From assembly GCF_009914755.1 (NCBI RefSeq), contig NC_060933.1: a stretch of 64,000 nt of DNA; one strand, 5' to 3'. Under the pieces are notes generated by a model. That model was not told where the DNA came from. It saw only the letters and a program-made list of their open reading frames with translations, and ran no database searches. Positions 26,060 through 39,855 of the stretch are shown here, piece after piece; position 1 is the first letter of the stretch; each line of letters opens with the position of its first letter. Made by a program: the position numbers and the translations under genes. The stretch is from the human T2T-CHM13v2.0 reference genome, Homo sapiens.

Positions 26060-26255
26060 ACCACGCAATCGTAACTGTCACTTATTGAGTGTTTACTGTG
26101 TCTGTGCTATGCTGCTGACAAATGCATTTACCCATCTGATCCTTCCAATAACTCTGAGGGAGCCATTATTATCCCCATTCAACAGGTGGAGAAACTGAGA
26201 TACACGGATCTTAAGGATTAAAATCCAAATTTGTCCGACCCCAAAGCTCAATGTA
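26060..26255 (-). mobile_element. MIR SINE
   Basis: 'ttattgagtgtttactgtg...attattatccccattcaacaggtggagaaactgaga'. Confidence 0.75.
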
Positions 26256-27699
26256 AAAAGTAAAAGCAGTAGCAAGTAAGATTGTTTTTGCTAATAAGAT
26301 GATATGGTGGGGTTTTAGGGAAGTCATCTTAGCTTTCTGTTGCTATGATTCCCAGTTTCCGTGTGATTCCCCAGTACACCCAGATCTATATCTGCCAATT
26401 TGTGTTGCCTTTTGCCTAAGAAACATGACTTGATGATCACTTCTCTTAGGAAAAGTCCCCATTGACTTTCTGAGTATGTGCATCTATTCAGCCCCCACTG
26501 ATTGCTGTGTCTTCACGCACATTTTCTCACCCAGCCCTGTAAGGTGACTGACCTCTTTCCCCTATCAGGGCTGATCCAAGTGAGAAACAGATGCAGGAGA
26601 CAAATGGAAGCTAAAATGTCAGCTGTATTACAGGTAAAGCTGAATTGGGTGATGCCACTCAGACTTATAGCCAAAATGATCTTTCATGACTTCCCACAAG
26701 GTCATACCCAGGGACAGTCAATCGGAAGAAATGGGTTTCGAAGAGTTGACACTTCTGCAGCACTCCCTATGGAGGCCACTATTCTGACCCATACTCAAGG
26801 GAGAGCCCAAGAGAGCTATTACTTGCTTGTTGGCCCATTAGAAGAGCCATGGACAATGGCCCTGAGACATTGCATCGCTTACTGAAGTTCATTTGAGCTT
26901 TGTAATAATTTGGGTAGGTGAGTTTGACTGCCCCAATTCTACAGATAAGAAAAACAAAATTCACAGAGGTCAAGTGACTTGGCCAATACTCAGCTGGAAA
27001 GAGACTCTGGGACCCACTTGCTTCTCAGTCGACTGCATCAGTTATCTCCTGGTGATCAGTGGATGGCTCTGAGTCACCAAAAACTCGGTGTTCTCATCCA
27101 GAATTCTAGTCCTCATTTCAGGGGACACTCAGATGTCTTTTGCCCCTGGGAACCCCATTTTGTTTGGAGGAGGCTTCATGGCATGGTCTTGGATCTTGGG
27201 GCATCACATGCCAGTGTTCTCACTCCTACGGGGACTGTGAGTCACTCTCAACTCCTTTGCTATCTAAACCCCACTCCCTGCATTGTGTTTTTATTCAGCA
27301 ACCTGTTCTCTCAGTCACACCATTTCTGTCCATTAATAGCACAAAGCTGCAAATATCCATTAGCAGGCTTTACATTCTGAAATCAGCTCCGACTCAGGAC
27401 CATTATATGATTAAAGAGCAACCATTTGTGACTCATAACTAAGCCACACTTTCTCACATATGCTTTATGTTAAATGATATAGAGGAATAAATGCACATCA
27501 GTAGTTTATAACACCACTTACAGGGCACTTAATAGATGCACGCATCATGCTAAGCACTTTCTATTCAATATCTCATTTAACCTTTTTGCCAGCATCATCA
27601 TCCCCAGATGACTGTAGGTTTCCTGATGGCAAGAACAGAGGCTGGCCCTGCACAGAACCTGGCACGTAGTTAAGGGTTCAAGATTTATTCCAGAGCAGC

Positions 27700-27915
27700 T
27701 GACATTCATTAGACACCTACTATGTTCCAGGTACTTTTAACTAACTCATTGGCAGCCCCACAGGCCTTGAGATGGGTGTTACTATTTTGGTTTTCCTGAA
27801 GAGGAAACCAGGCTCTGAGGCATTCAATAACTTTCCTAGGTTTCCTAGCTAGTAAGTAAAAAAGCCAAGCACTACCCACATTCTCAGGCTCTAAAAGCAG
27901 AGCTCTTTCCACTAC
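27700..27915 (-). mobile_element. MIR SINE
   Basis: 'acacctactatgttccaggtactttt...gaagaggaaaccaggctctgag'. Confidence 0.7.
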
Positions 27916-29339
27916 ACCATGAATGAATGAAATTAAAAGAGTGTAGAATCTGGTATGCAACTTCAATATGCTTCTCTCTAGTTAATAAATCTGTGTAATA
28001 CTCCAGGAGAGCATGATTGAGTTGATAGTGATAAGCAAAAATCTCTGCTACCTGGGGTTACAGAAGATAAGTTTGCCTGAAGCAGGTAGAAAAAGTGCTA
28101 GGGAGAAAATGGAGAATGGACTCTGCTCTCAAAGGCTAGGCAAGATTTAAATGGTGAACTGGATAAGCAAAAATACAGAGGCAGGAACATGAAGACATGA
28201 ACACAGCGGTAGGGAGAAGGTTAACCAGAGGATAGGGCTGTGGGCATCAGTGATAGGATTACAGGGAGCTCTGACCACCAGTAGACAAAAAGGCAAAAGT
28301 GCAGATTCCTGAGCTAAGGAAAGTCATGATGAGAAACATATTTTAAAAAGAAGAATCTATATACAGAACACAAAAGGAGTTTGTAGGGGGGAGCCGAGCA
28401 CTTGCAATGGGCTTGAAATGTACTGTGTATAACTGAGTGAATTAATTCATAAGTAGTCAAATAAACAAATGATTGAAGAAAACAAGAGATATTGGGGTAC
28501 CACTGGTTATTATAGGTATAAGGCCTGAGCTGAGTGATATTAGGGAAGATTTGGCCAAACTTGGAAGTACTGGATGAAGTACATAATGAAAGAAAAATCC
28601 AATGCCTTCTTTCTTTCTTCAATCTACTCACTTTTTCTTACAACCCAGGAAACCTGAAAAACTTCCTAGGGAGGTAATGAAAACCAGGGCAAGAGCATGA
28701 AAGAAGTCTCTCATAAAGCAACAGGTTGACTAAAAGAGGCTGCATACCAGTGACACGCATTGGTGTTACTTTCTTACCAGAGATAGGAATCACACAGGAT
28801 GTCTAGGTGTGTATTCCAGAAGGGTGTTATGGAACAATAACCTCATCAATACAGACTAAAATAAGATGTGAGAGATACAAGGCTCTCAACAATGTGAGCA
28901 GCAGCCCTTTGTTGAGCGCTTTGTTTGTTGACTAATTTGCCTTAAGAATCACACTTAACATGACCTTATGGAGTGGAGCTGAAGCTTCCTCTCCTCCTGT
29001 ATTCGGCTTTTTAATAGTACAAAAATTGATAATTCAGCAACTCTTAGGTATGCAAAATCTGATACACTTGTTTTCCTAGTAAATGTAGATCTGTTTTTAG
29101 CCCCATGGGCTTCTAACTCACAGATTAAACAATATATAAAAGTACCTAATACATATGAGACACTTGAAATTATAGGTCTCTTCAGATTAATTTATCTTGC
29201 TCTAACATGCAGACCTGCTTTTGTTCTTCTCAGGTCCCACCTTTTATATGCAGAACTGAGAATGCCGCCCATAAAACCAAGTTTGATATTGGGTAGCTGC
29301 CATATGGTAACCAACTTCCCTGATGCTGCCTATCTTCAT

Positions 29340-29500
29340 TTATCCATCTGACCATCCTCCCTTTATTTCTTCTCTTCATTATCTATCCATCAATCCATCC
29401 ATCCATCCATCCATTCATCCATCCATTCATTTATCCATTCATCCTTCCATCCATCCATCTATCCACCCATTCATTTATCCAGACATCCATCCATCCACCC
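29340..29500 (+). repeat. Imperfect (TCCA)n microsatellite
   Basis: Visible ccat/tcat tandem array. Confidence 0.9.
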
Positions 29501-30251
29501 TTCCCATGCGTGAAGTGTATTCCAGGTACCATTCGCTGTGCCAGGGCTGAGGATGTGGCAGTTACCAACGCAGGCAAGGCTCATGGCTGCCATATGTGAA
29601 ATGTCCTTCATTCCCCTTTGCCTGTGTTTTTTCTCTAATGACCTTCAGCCCTTGTAGCCTTACTGAGGTCCAACTTTCTCTAAGACTAGAATGATAAATT
29701 GGGAAGAACATAGTACCTGTGACTTTAAGTTGTTTGCCTGCTCTAAGTCTCGTCTCCTCCTCATTAAATAGGGATAAAAATGCTAAATATTTCAGAATTA
29801 CTGGGGTGATATAAGTGGGGAAATAATTGCCTGGTACAGAGTAGGTACTCAATTCTTGGTTACTATCAATATCAACATCTGTAAAATCAGAATACTGATA
29901 GTTTCCTCGTTAAGAACTCTATGTTCACAAAATTTCAACAGCTGCCCATTGCTTTTAGTGTAACAATCCAAATCTTTACAATAGCCTGGGAGACCAAACA
30001 GGATCAGAACCCTGACTGCCTGTCCAGGATCACATGTCCCTCCTTCCTGCTGTCTTGGCATGTTTGCCATCTTACTATACACCCTGTAGAATCATCAGAG
30101 CTGCTCACCAAGTATTTCTAGTTCTGCTTCTTCACAGCAACTTGCAAACTTCCTGATGATGTAAGCTCCATCCGTCTGTACTGCTGAAACAGAGATTTTA
30201 TGCTAACTAATGATGGACATGGAGTAGAAGTAAGACACAGATCTTCGTCAT

Positions 30252-30614
30252 TGTTTTGGACAAAGTATTTGTGCCTCCTCCCCAAAATTTGTATGTTGAA
30301 ATCCAAACCGCCGAGGGGATGATATTAGGAGGTAGAGTCCTTAGGAGGAAATGAGGTCATGACGGCAGCACTCATGCATGGAATTAGCATCCTTATGAGA
30401 AGAGACACTAAAGAGATGGTTTTTCTCTAGGATGTGTGAGAATACAACCAGAAGATAACCGTCTGCAACCAGAAAGCAGGCCCTCACCAGGCAACAGATT
30501 TGCCAGTCCCTTGACCTTGGACATCCCAGCCTCCAGAATTGTGAGAAATAAATTTTTGTGGTTTAAGCCACCTGGTCTATAGTATGATCATAGCAGCCTG
30601 AGCTCACTAAGACA
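30252..30614 (+). mobile_element. MaLR solo LTR, MLT1A/MLT1A0
   Basis: 'ccaaaatttgtatgttgaaatcc', 'cagcctccagaattgtgagaaataaattt', ends 'actaagaca'. Confidence 0.88.
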
Positions 30615-30719
30615 GTTACGTTCAGCTTCTAATAATTGGGGGCTCCTTGTTTCTATAGCAAAAGCTAGCCTAATCTGTGTAATACACTGATATCATCCCC
30701 CCTCTGGTAACAGGGTCTT

Positions 30720-31062
30720 CACTCCAGCTGGCCCCTCTGCCTGGAAATCTCTCCCCTCTCTATTTTAAAAACTCCTTCAGATCTCAAAACTCAAGCGTTT
30801 CTTCTTCAGGGAAGTGTTCCCTAACTATGTCATTCTCCCCTGTCAGAGGCTCTCATCTCATCAAGTATCTCTCCTTCATAGCTCTTCTCCAAGTGGCAAT
30901 TTTACTTTTATTTATTTGATGATTTTATTAATTTCCATCTCTTCCAACAGACTGTAAATTCCATGGGAGCATGATCCAGATTTGTTACAGCTCATCATCT
31001 TATCCTTACTACACACAACAATCTAGCACATTGTAGGCCCTAAATAAATATTTGTTGAATGA
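30720..31062 (+). mobile_element. L2 3' end
   Basis: 'ctagcacattgtaggccctaaataaatatttgttgaatgaa'. Confidence 0.75.
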
Positions 31063-31428
31063 AAGAAGGAAATAGGGAAAGAAAAAAGGAAGGAAGGAGG
31101 GAGGGAGGAAAGGAGGGAGGGGTAGGAAGGAAGAGAGAGGAAGGAAGGGAGAGGAAGGAAGGAAGGGAGAGGAAGGAAGGAAGGGAGAGGAAGGAAGGAA
31201 GGGAGAGGAATGAAGGAAGGGAGAGGAGGGAAGGAAGGGAGAGGAAGGGAGAGGAATGAAGGAAGGGAGAGGAGGGAAGGAAGGGAGAGGAAGGAAGGAA
31301 GGGAGAGGAAGGAAGGAAGGGAGAGGAAGGAAGGAAGGGAGAGGAAGGAAGGGAGAGGAAGGAAGGGAGAGGAAGGAAGGGAGAGGAAGGAAGGGAGGAA
31401 GGAAGGAAGGAAGAGAGGGAGGGAGGAG
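31061..31428 (+). repeat. GA-rich polypurine minisatellite (about 18 bp unit ggaaggaaggaagggaga)
   Basis: About 370 bp near-pure purine tract with an 18/14 bp periodic core. Confidence 0.95.
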
Positions 31429-32690
31429 TAGATAAATAGTAAATACCTAGGACAAGTAAATACCTTATTTTCTAAGTCTGCCACATCTGCTACAGTTAAG
31501 TTGGCTGGGACATGAGTTATTGCTGCAGAAGGAATCAGAACACATTGCCTCCTTTATGTCATTTGCCCTTGAAAAATTTCAGAAAGGTTGAGTCCAATTC
31601 AGATCCCATGACCCACCCCTTACCGGCCAGTGTGTACTGGTACCTCAACTCAGTTCCCCTCTCCTTGTGCCTAGAAAAGGCTTTTGCAGAATCCCAGCAG
31701 CCACCAGAGTCAGCCAAGGCCCTGGGTGCCTCAGTATCCCCAGTCTGGGGCCTCTCTGCCCCCAGATGCTGTGCCTATGCATGGTGCCACTCTGATTTGT
31801 TAACCTAATTGCCTTCACCTCTCCATAAATCAGATTTACAGAGCACAGTGCATTTTGGAAGCCCTGGGACACCTCTGGGGCCTCGCAGTTCAATGGAGCT
31901 CATTATGGAAATCAGCTAAATGCTGAGGAGCAAGATAAGTGCGAACTGTTTACCAACCCCTTACACTAGAGACACACAGACAGAGCTAATGGGAGCTCAT
32001 TTGTGGCCTCCCTAACTCACTCAACCCTCTTTATCTGCTACTGTGACTAATCTTCAGGGAGAGGGGTGCGTGTCTGCATGAAAGAGCTCTCCAGGGGGCT
32101 TGAAGTGATTGGTGAAGGAGCACAGGAAAAGACAGAGGGGGGCCAAGCCCAGAGCCTTGGAGCCAGCCAGGCCCAATTCACCCCACCCACCACAGAAGAA
32201 GCCCCTCCCTGCCTGCCAGGGCAGTAGATTCTTAGGTCAGCCATTTTTTGCTTTTTTCAACTTTTATTTTAGATACAGGGGGTACATGCGCAGGATTTTT
32301 GCATGGGTATATTACACCCAGGTAGTGAGCACAGTGCCTAATAGGGAGTTTTTTAAACCACGCCCCCCTCCCTCCATCCTTCCTCTAATAATCCTCAGTG
32401 TCTATTGTCCTCAGGTTTGTGTCCATGTGTGTTCAATGTTTAGCTCTCATTATATGTGAGAACATGCAGTATTTGGCTTTCCATTGCCATGCTAATTCAC
32501 TTAGGATTATGGCCTCCAAAGAACTTAAAACAGACCTACCGTTGGGCCTAGCACTCCCATTACTGGACATATACCCAAAGGGAAATAGATAATTACACCA
32601 AAAAGACACATGCACTTATATATTAATCACTGAGCTATTCACAATAGCAAAGACATGGGATCAACCTAGGAGCCCATAAACAATGTTTTA

Positions 32691-33005
<315 letters not shown>

Positions 33006-33016
33006 AAAGAAAATGT

Positions 33017-33018
<2 letters not shown>

Positions 33019-33102
<84 letters not shown>
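33019..33102 (+). repeat. (TA)29(CA)13 compound microsatellite
   Basis: Directly visible. Confidence 0.97.
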
Positions 33103-33103
<1 letters not shown>

Positions 33104-33905
33104 CCCAGGGAATACTACACAGCCATGAAAAAGAATGAAATAAAGTCCAACCAGCTTTCTAAAGATCCACAGAAATAATGATGGTTAAACTAAACATCCC
33201 CTTGAGAGGAAAGCATTTCACAGTTTACATTGCATTTTGACTTTCATTAACTTGTTTGAACCTCACAATATCTTGAGCAGGCAGATGTATTGCTTCCACC
33301 CCTATTTACCAGCTGAGGAAACAGGTTCTGGGAGTAAAGTGACCTACTCAGATTGTTGTTGGTGAATTTTGTTTTTCTCTGTCCAAACACAATGCACTTC
33401 TCACTTCACCAAAACTCTTAACTGAGGCTTACTAGAATTCAATTTATGGGGTTCAGGATATCCTTGAGTTTCTTGAACTTGTGTGCAAATTTTTTATGTG
33501 TTCATGTAGGGACTTTTTTTGTTTTTACTGGGCAACAAGTTCAACATCTTTATGACTCTCAGGTAAAACAAAACCCTAAAAGTTAAGACCACTAGGACTA
33601 CTGTACTCTCTGAGGGCACAGAGTATTTACCTTGTGGTCCAGAGAGGCTAGACATTTTCATTCATCTACCCATTATTCCCAAGGAAGAAACGTGTAGATT
33701 GAGTGCCATTCCAAGCTCATGTCTTCCCATTCATATCCATCACTCTCCAATGGTGGCCTATGCAAGGTCAACTCAGAAGTCCAGTCTCCTGCAACCAGGG
33801 CTGTCTCTCCTCTGGTCACAGACACAGGGACCCTCCCTCCCCACTAGAGGCCACAGGAGTTCATGATCAGCAGCCAGACCTTGGAGCACAAGACCATCTC
33901 TTGTG

Positions 33906-34133
33906 CAGGACCGGGGCTAAGGGGAGACAAGAGAAATAAGTTGTCAAGTACAGGGTCTAATTCTGTCTTCAACAATCTGGATATTTTTCACATCAATTTC
34001 AAGGGTTTTTTATGTTAAATTAGATATTATTTATCTTAATTATCTTAATTACTGAGGTTTTTTTGTTTTGGTGCCCCCTTAAATTTTGTTCCTGAAATGA
34101 ATGCCTCATTTGCTTCACCCTGGCTAGAGTCCA
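33906..34133. mobile_element. hAT-type MER (MER96B-like)
   Basis: 'caggaccggggctaaggggagacaag' ... 'gtgccccttaaattttg...gcctcatttgcttcaccctgg'. Confidence 0.55.
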
Positions 34134-34173
34134 GACAAGGTTGCATCTTTTGAGGAGTCCAGCCCTGTCCAGA

Positions 34174-34659
<486 letters not shown>

Positions 34660-34779
34660 TGAGGGAAGTCAGTTAACTTATTTGAGCCTCTGTTTTCTTA
34701 TCTGTAAAACATGGACAACACTAGTATCAACTGTTGGGCCAATCAGATAGTATAAATTCCAGACCATTAAAATAATCCA

Positions 34780-35098
<319 letters not shown>

Positions 35099-35199
35099 TA
35101 ATAATCCAGGTATGTGTCTGAATGTCCCCAGTGCTCTGCTGGAATTTGGATAAGAAGGTGAGCAATGAGGATGAGTCATTTGGGGACCCAAAGCCTCTA

Positions 35200-35420
35200 C
35201 ACTGATCCATGAGCTCTAGCTTTGAAGACCTGCAGCCCTGGGTTTAAGATCTTGGCACTCTCGCTTGCTATGAGATCTTGGACAGCCTCTCTGAGCCTCA
35301 CTTTTGGTATTTATAACTGAAAATAATGCCTACCATTTAAAATTGTTGTGAGGATGAAACATAATTAAGGTACCTGTGCCTAGTATGCACATGTGCAGAT
35401 GTTCAATAAATAGCAATATT
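35200..35420 (+). mobile_element. MIR SINE
   Basis: 'ctctctgagcctcacttttgg...ttgttgtgaggatgaaac...ttcaataaatagc'. Confidence 0.7.
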
Positions 35421-35777
35421 AAAATACTAAATATTATTAAAAGTGAAGAAACTGAAGCAAGGAGAGTGACATGTTCAAGAACACACAGCATGCTGGCAGC
35501 AGAGTTGAAACTGAAATGCAGGTTCCTGGGCTGAATTCAGTGGATTCTGGCCCCACTGAGCTACTTTCCTCTGACTCACATAAGGTAGGCCTAGAGATTG
35601 GAAGTATTTGAGCAGCAAGAAAACTAGAAACCCATATATGAATTTGGTGGCACCAGGTGATGCCAGGTAACCTCACCTCAAGACCTGGCTCTCTTGCCCC
35701 TTCTCCCATCAGAAGAGCTGCCCAGCCATGCTGACACTGAATTTCCCAACTTGGAGTAAGTCTTCTGACCATGGCTG

Positions 35778-35852
35778 GTGCGGGGAGGCTGGCTGCATGG
35801 CCGTGTCTGTGTGTGCGGGGAGGCTGGCTGCACGGCCGTGTCTGTGTGTGCG
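35778..35852 (+). repeat. 35 bp tandem duplication (2.1 copies)
   Basis: gtgcggggaggctggctgcaYggccgtgtctgtgt x2, one mismatch. Confidence 0.95.
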
Positions 35853-36319
35853 AGTGGGCTGTGTGTCTGACCCAAAGCTAGTTATAAACTGCCTCTTACT
35901 AGGGCCTTTTACAGCAGACTCCTGCATTTCCCAGAATAATCTTGCTCATTATGATGCCGGCAGACTTTTCAAGCCAGCTCATTTTTCTTCCCTTTGTCTC
36001 AAATTCCAATACCCTGCCCTTTTCACAAGATTTCCGAGAGAGCAGTTCACAGCGCCCATTTTGTGGGGAGAGAGGGGGGTGGAAATGTCCCCAGAGGGTG
36101 AGCAGTATCTCAGCCTTAGTTTAAAAAAAGAAAAAAAAAAAGATAAAGGAAAGAGCTTTGTCTGCTAAATCTCCCCATTTTGGAATCAAATGTTGTTTAA
36201 AATTCAAGACAAATTCTCGGCTCTTTTGCTGACAAATTCCACAGAAGCACAGAGGAGAGGTGAGAGGGAGGTGAGAGCAGCAACGTGGGAGGTGCCTAAG
36301 CCGTCTTCATTAAAAGGCT

Positions 36320-37059
36320 AACAAGTGAGTGCCTACTGTGTACCAGACTCTGTACTAGATTCTGTGGATACCATGGCAAGCAAAACAGACTCTCTCTCTC
36401 TTCTGGGATTTAAAGTCTAGCAAAGGAGACAGACATGACCAAATAACCATGCACATGCATAATTATAGCGGGGGCACCTGCTTCAGAGGGAGAGTACATG
36501 ATATAGAAAAGCATGTTACTAAGGCCTGACCTATGTGGAAGTCAGAAGATACTCCCCAACGAGGTGACATTAGCTCTGAAACCTGAAGGATGATGAATAG
36601 GGGTCAAACAGGTGAGGATGGAAGAAAAGCCTTCCAGGAAGAAGGGGCAGCATGAACAAAATCTCTGGGGCCAGAAAGGGCACCAGTGTTTCAAGAGCTG
36701 GAAGGACACCAGTATTTCTAGACCCCAGAGAGCAAGGAGGAAGGTGGGATGGGGCATAGGGTGAGGGAATAAGCCCAATGATGCAGACTGGGAGATCATG
36801 CAGGGGCTTACAGCCACTATAGGTCCATTGGTCTTTATCCTTAGAACAAGAGGGGGCCATTGAGGGGTTTCAAGCAGAGGAATGATATGCAAGGTTTATG
36901 ATTTGCAAAGGCTGCTCTGACCACTGAGTTGAGAACAGGCTGGGTCAAAGCAGGGGAAGAAATAGGGAGCCAGACAAAATAATACGGCAGGTTGGGCTCC
37001 ACAGGAGGTAGTGAGCAAAACAGAGAGAAGTGACAGGTTCTGGGAAATATCCTTGATGA
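36320..37059 (-). mobile_element. L2 LINE fragment
   Basis: 'gagtgcctactgtgtaccagactctgtactag', 'gaggtgacattagctctgaaacctgaaggatga', 'gccattgaggggtttcaagcagaggaatgata'. Confidence 0.85.
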
Positions 37060-37545
37060 TGTCATCAATAGGATTGCAAAAACAGGCCCAAATCCTTCCC
37101 CTCCCTGTATCTGTACTCATGAGCAGTCCCCTGTCACACTGATTCTGAGCATGGCCATGAGGTTTTCTTTGGCCAATAGGACAATAGTAAACATGATGCT
37201 AACAGATACTTGGACAGTGTTTGCACATTGGAACGTGCTTTTTCTTGCTGCTTTTGGGGCAGTGGGATCACTGTCTGAAGAAACTCAGGCTAGCCTGCCG
37301 GAGGATGAAAGACACATGACCCAATCAGCCTGACTCCCCAGCCAACACCCTGCAAATTATCAGACATGCGTGATGCCATCCTGGGACATTCAGCTGCCAG
37401 CCAACTGGCCAGCTGAGCAGGGATGCATAAGTGAGCCCAGCAGAGCTCCTAGACAAGTTCTCGACCAACCCACAAAATTGTGAACTAAATAAATAGATGT
37501 CATTTATATCATTAAATTCTGGGGATGGTTTGGCCAACTGATACA
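37060..37545 (+). mobile_element. MaLR solo LTR, MLT1G/H-like
   Basis: 'ttctttggccaataggacaatagtaaacatgatgc', 'caacccacaaaattgtga', ends 'aactgataca'. Confidence 0.75.
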
Positions 37546-37949
37546 TGCCCATTGTGTCCATTTTCATTCAACAGACCATGAACTTGAGGAGTAGGACCTT
37601 ATCTGTCTTGTTTACCGCCACTATATTCCCAGTGCCAGGCAAATACTAGCCACTTAACGAATATGTGTTGAATGTGTGAATAAATACATGAATGAATGAC
37701 TATTATCTATTTGATTACCCCTGGGAAAGACTTTCTACACCAGCCCAGGACTTTTCTCCCCTCTCCACCAGCAGTTGAAAGGTATACACTTCTGGGTGGA
37801 AACCAAATTTACATTTAATCCTTATAGACAGCTACCATGTACTAGGTTGGCATAATACTAAACATTGAGGACAAAGGGGAAAAGACACATTCCCTACCTT
37901 GAAAGTGTTCACTGCCTGGCAGAAGAGATGAACACGGAAAATAAAAACA

Positions 37950-38165
37950 GCCTCTCCTGCTTACTGTGCATTCACTATGTTCCAGGCAGTTTACACCAAG
38001 TATTTCCCTTCATCCTCATAACAACTATAGAAGGAAGGTAAAATTAAAATTGTAAATTAAAGTGCCCCCTTTGTATGGATGAGAACACTGAGGCATAGAG
38101 AAGTTAAGTGACTTGCCCAAGGGGACGGAGCCACACCCAAACCCAGCCTAACCTCTTTGCTGTTC
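37950..38165 (-). mobile_element. MIR SINE
   Basis: 'gatgagaacactgaggcatagagaagttaagtgacttgcccaagg'. Confidence 0.8.
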
Positions 38166-38899
38166 TATGATATTGGTACAACAGAGTTATACAAAGAGGG
38201 TGTTCATTCTGCCTGGGGTGGGAGAGCAAGAGCAGCAGAGTGTTAGAAAAGGTTTTGCAGATAAGCTGATTCTAGAAGAAAGAACAAGGATTTCCCATAT
38301 GAACAAAGCCAACAATAGTATTCCAGGCTGAAAACATAGCAGGAACATAAGCTGGAGACACGGAAATGTGTGGTCTGCCTAGGAACACTAAGCGGCAAGA
38401 GTGACCATAAGGAAGAGCGCATGGGGATAATGGTGAGATGACGGTGGGTGGGGTCATAGGAACCAATGAAGGCTAAAAGGAGTGGCCATGCCACCTCCCA
38501 GGACCCTTCTGCCACTCATCTCTGCAAAGGTCAGCTCTCAGCTGGTCCTGATAGAGTAATATCTCCCTAGATGGAGCTATAACCTGGATTCCTATCCCAG
38601 CTTTCATTCCTTGCTATAGGGTTTGGGGAAGTTAGATCATTTGCCTTCTCTAGGCCTCAGTTTCTGCCTCTAGAAACTGAAAACACAGGACAAGATCAAA
38701 GGAATTTCTACCTATTGAGTACCTATCATACACTAAGAGGTATTTACCTCATTGATTTAGCCTGAGAATCAAATAGGTTAATGCATATAAAGTGATTAGC
38801 CTGGTGCCTATGCATAGTCAGCGCTCAAAAGCTCTAGTCGTGCCTATTGCTGGTGTCATTTCCATTGATTGCTAGAGTAATCCTACAGGTTATAGTCAG

Positions 38900-39130
38900 T
38901 ATCAATGGCTCTGCCTGGATTTCTATCCCAGCTCTGCCACTCCCTTGCTGTGTGATATTGAGCAAGTTATTTAATCACTCTGGGTCTCAGTTTCCTTGTC
39001 TTTAAGCTGGAGATCCTAATGGTGCCTATTTCCTTGGGTTGCTATAAGGGTGAAAATAAGTGATGTATATAAAATATTCAACTGCTATAACCAGGTACCT
39101 ACTATGTATCTAAAAAACGTTACCTGCTAC
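38900..39130 (+). mobile_element. MIR SINE
   Basis: 'ctgtgtgatattgagcaagttatttaatcactctgggtctcagtttcc'. Confidence 0.8.
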
Positions 39131-39727
39131 TAGACATCCCATTTTGCAGATAACAAAGTCAAGGCTCAGATTGGTGATAAAACTTGCTCCAGGTAACACA
39201 TCTAATAGATGATAAAGCTGGGACTTAAGCTGGGAAAATTCTGTTTCCCTATCCTGTGCTCTTAATTGGTGCTCCAGATGCCTCTGAAATGCCTTCCAGT
39301 AGCTATAATCCTGCTAAGAGCATTATTGCTTCCGACTAAAGTCATTGAAAAACTCTAGAATAAAGAATGGCTTTTCCGGAAAAACTTTTAAATCCCCACA
39401 GAGGTTGGAATTAATGTATGTTCCTGATATACAAGCATACCACATTTCCAAGTTGGTTGTATGAGGGGAAGCTCTAAATTTCTATGATTCAAAGGTGGTA
39501 AATGGTAATGACAACGTATTAAACTTTGTGGGGCAGTGGCAGGCCTCAAATCCTCTCTGCAATGAGGCAAAGTGTAAATAAGTGAAAACCTAACAAAGGG
39601 TACCCGGGGAGCAAGGAGCCTTGGCCTAGGACGAAGAGCAATGGTTTCCATCCCAGCTGTCACCAACCCACTTTGTGCCTTGAACAGAACACTTAACTCT
39701 TTCTGTACCCACGTTTACTGATCAATC

Positions 39728-39855
39728 CAGGGATCCATAATTTATGATCCAAACTGGGACACTAGTGAGAGTGAAAAGAGGTACTATGAATTAAGGAGAC
39801 ACCAGGACCACAGATATAAACTTTGTCCTGGGAACCCTGAGACATGGACGCTCTA
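39728..39855. mobile_element. MER94-like hAT-Blackjack element nested in a MIR
   Basis: 'cataatttatgatccaaactgggacactagtgagagtgaaaagagg'. Confidence 0.7.

Noticed and set aside
31023-31484. 153 aa LPSF-repeat ORF and opposite-strand ERKEG ORFs
   Set aside because: Translation artefacts of the GA minisatellite.
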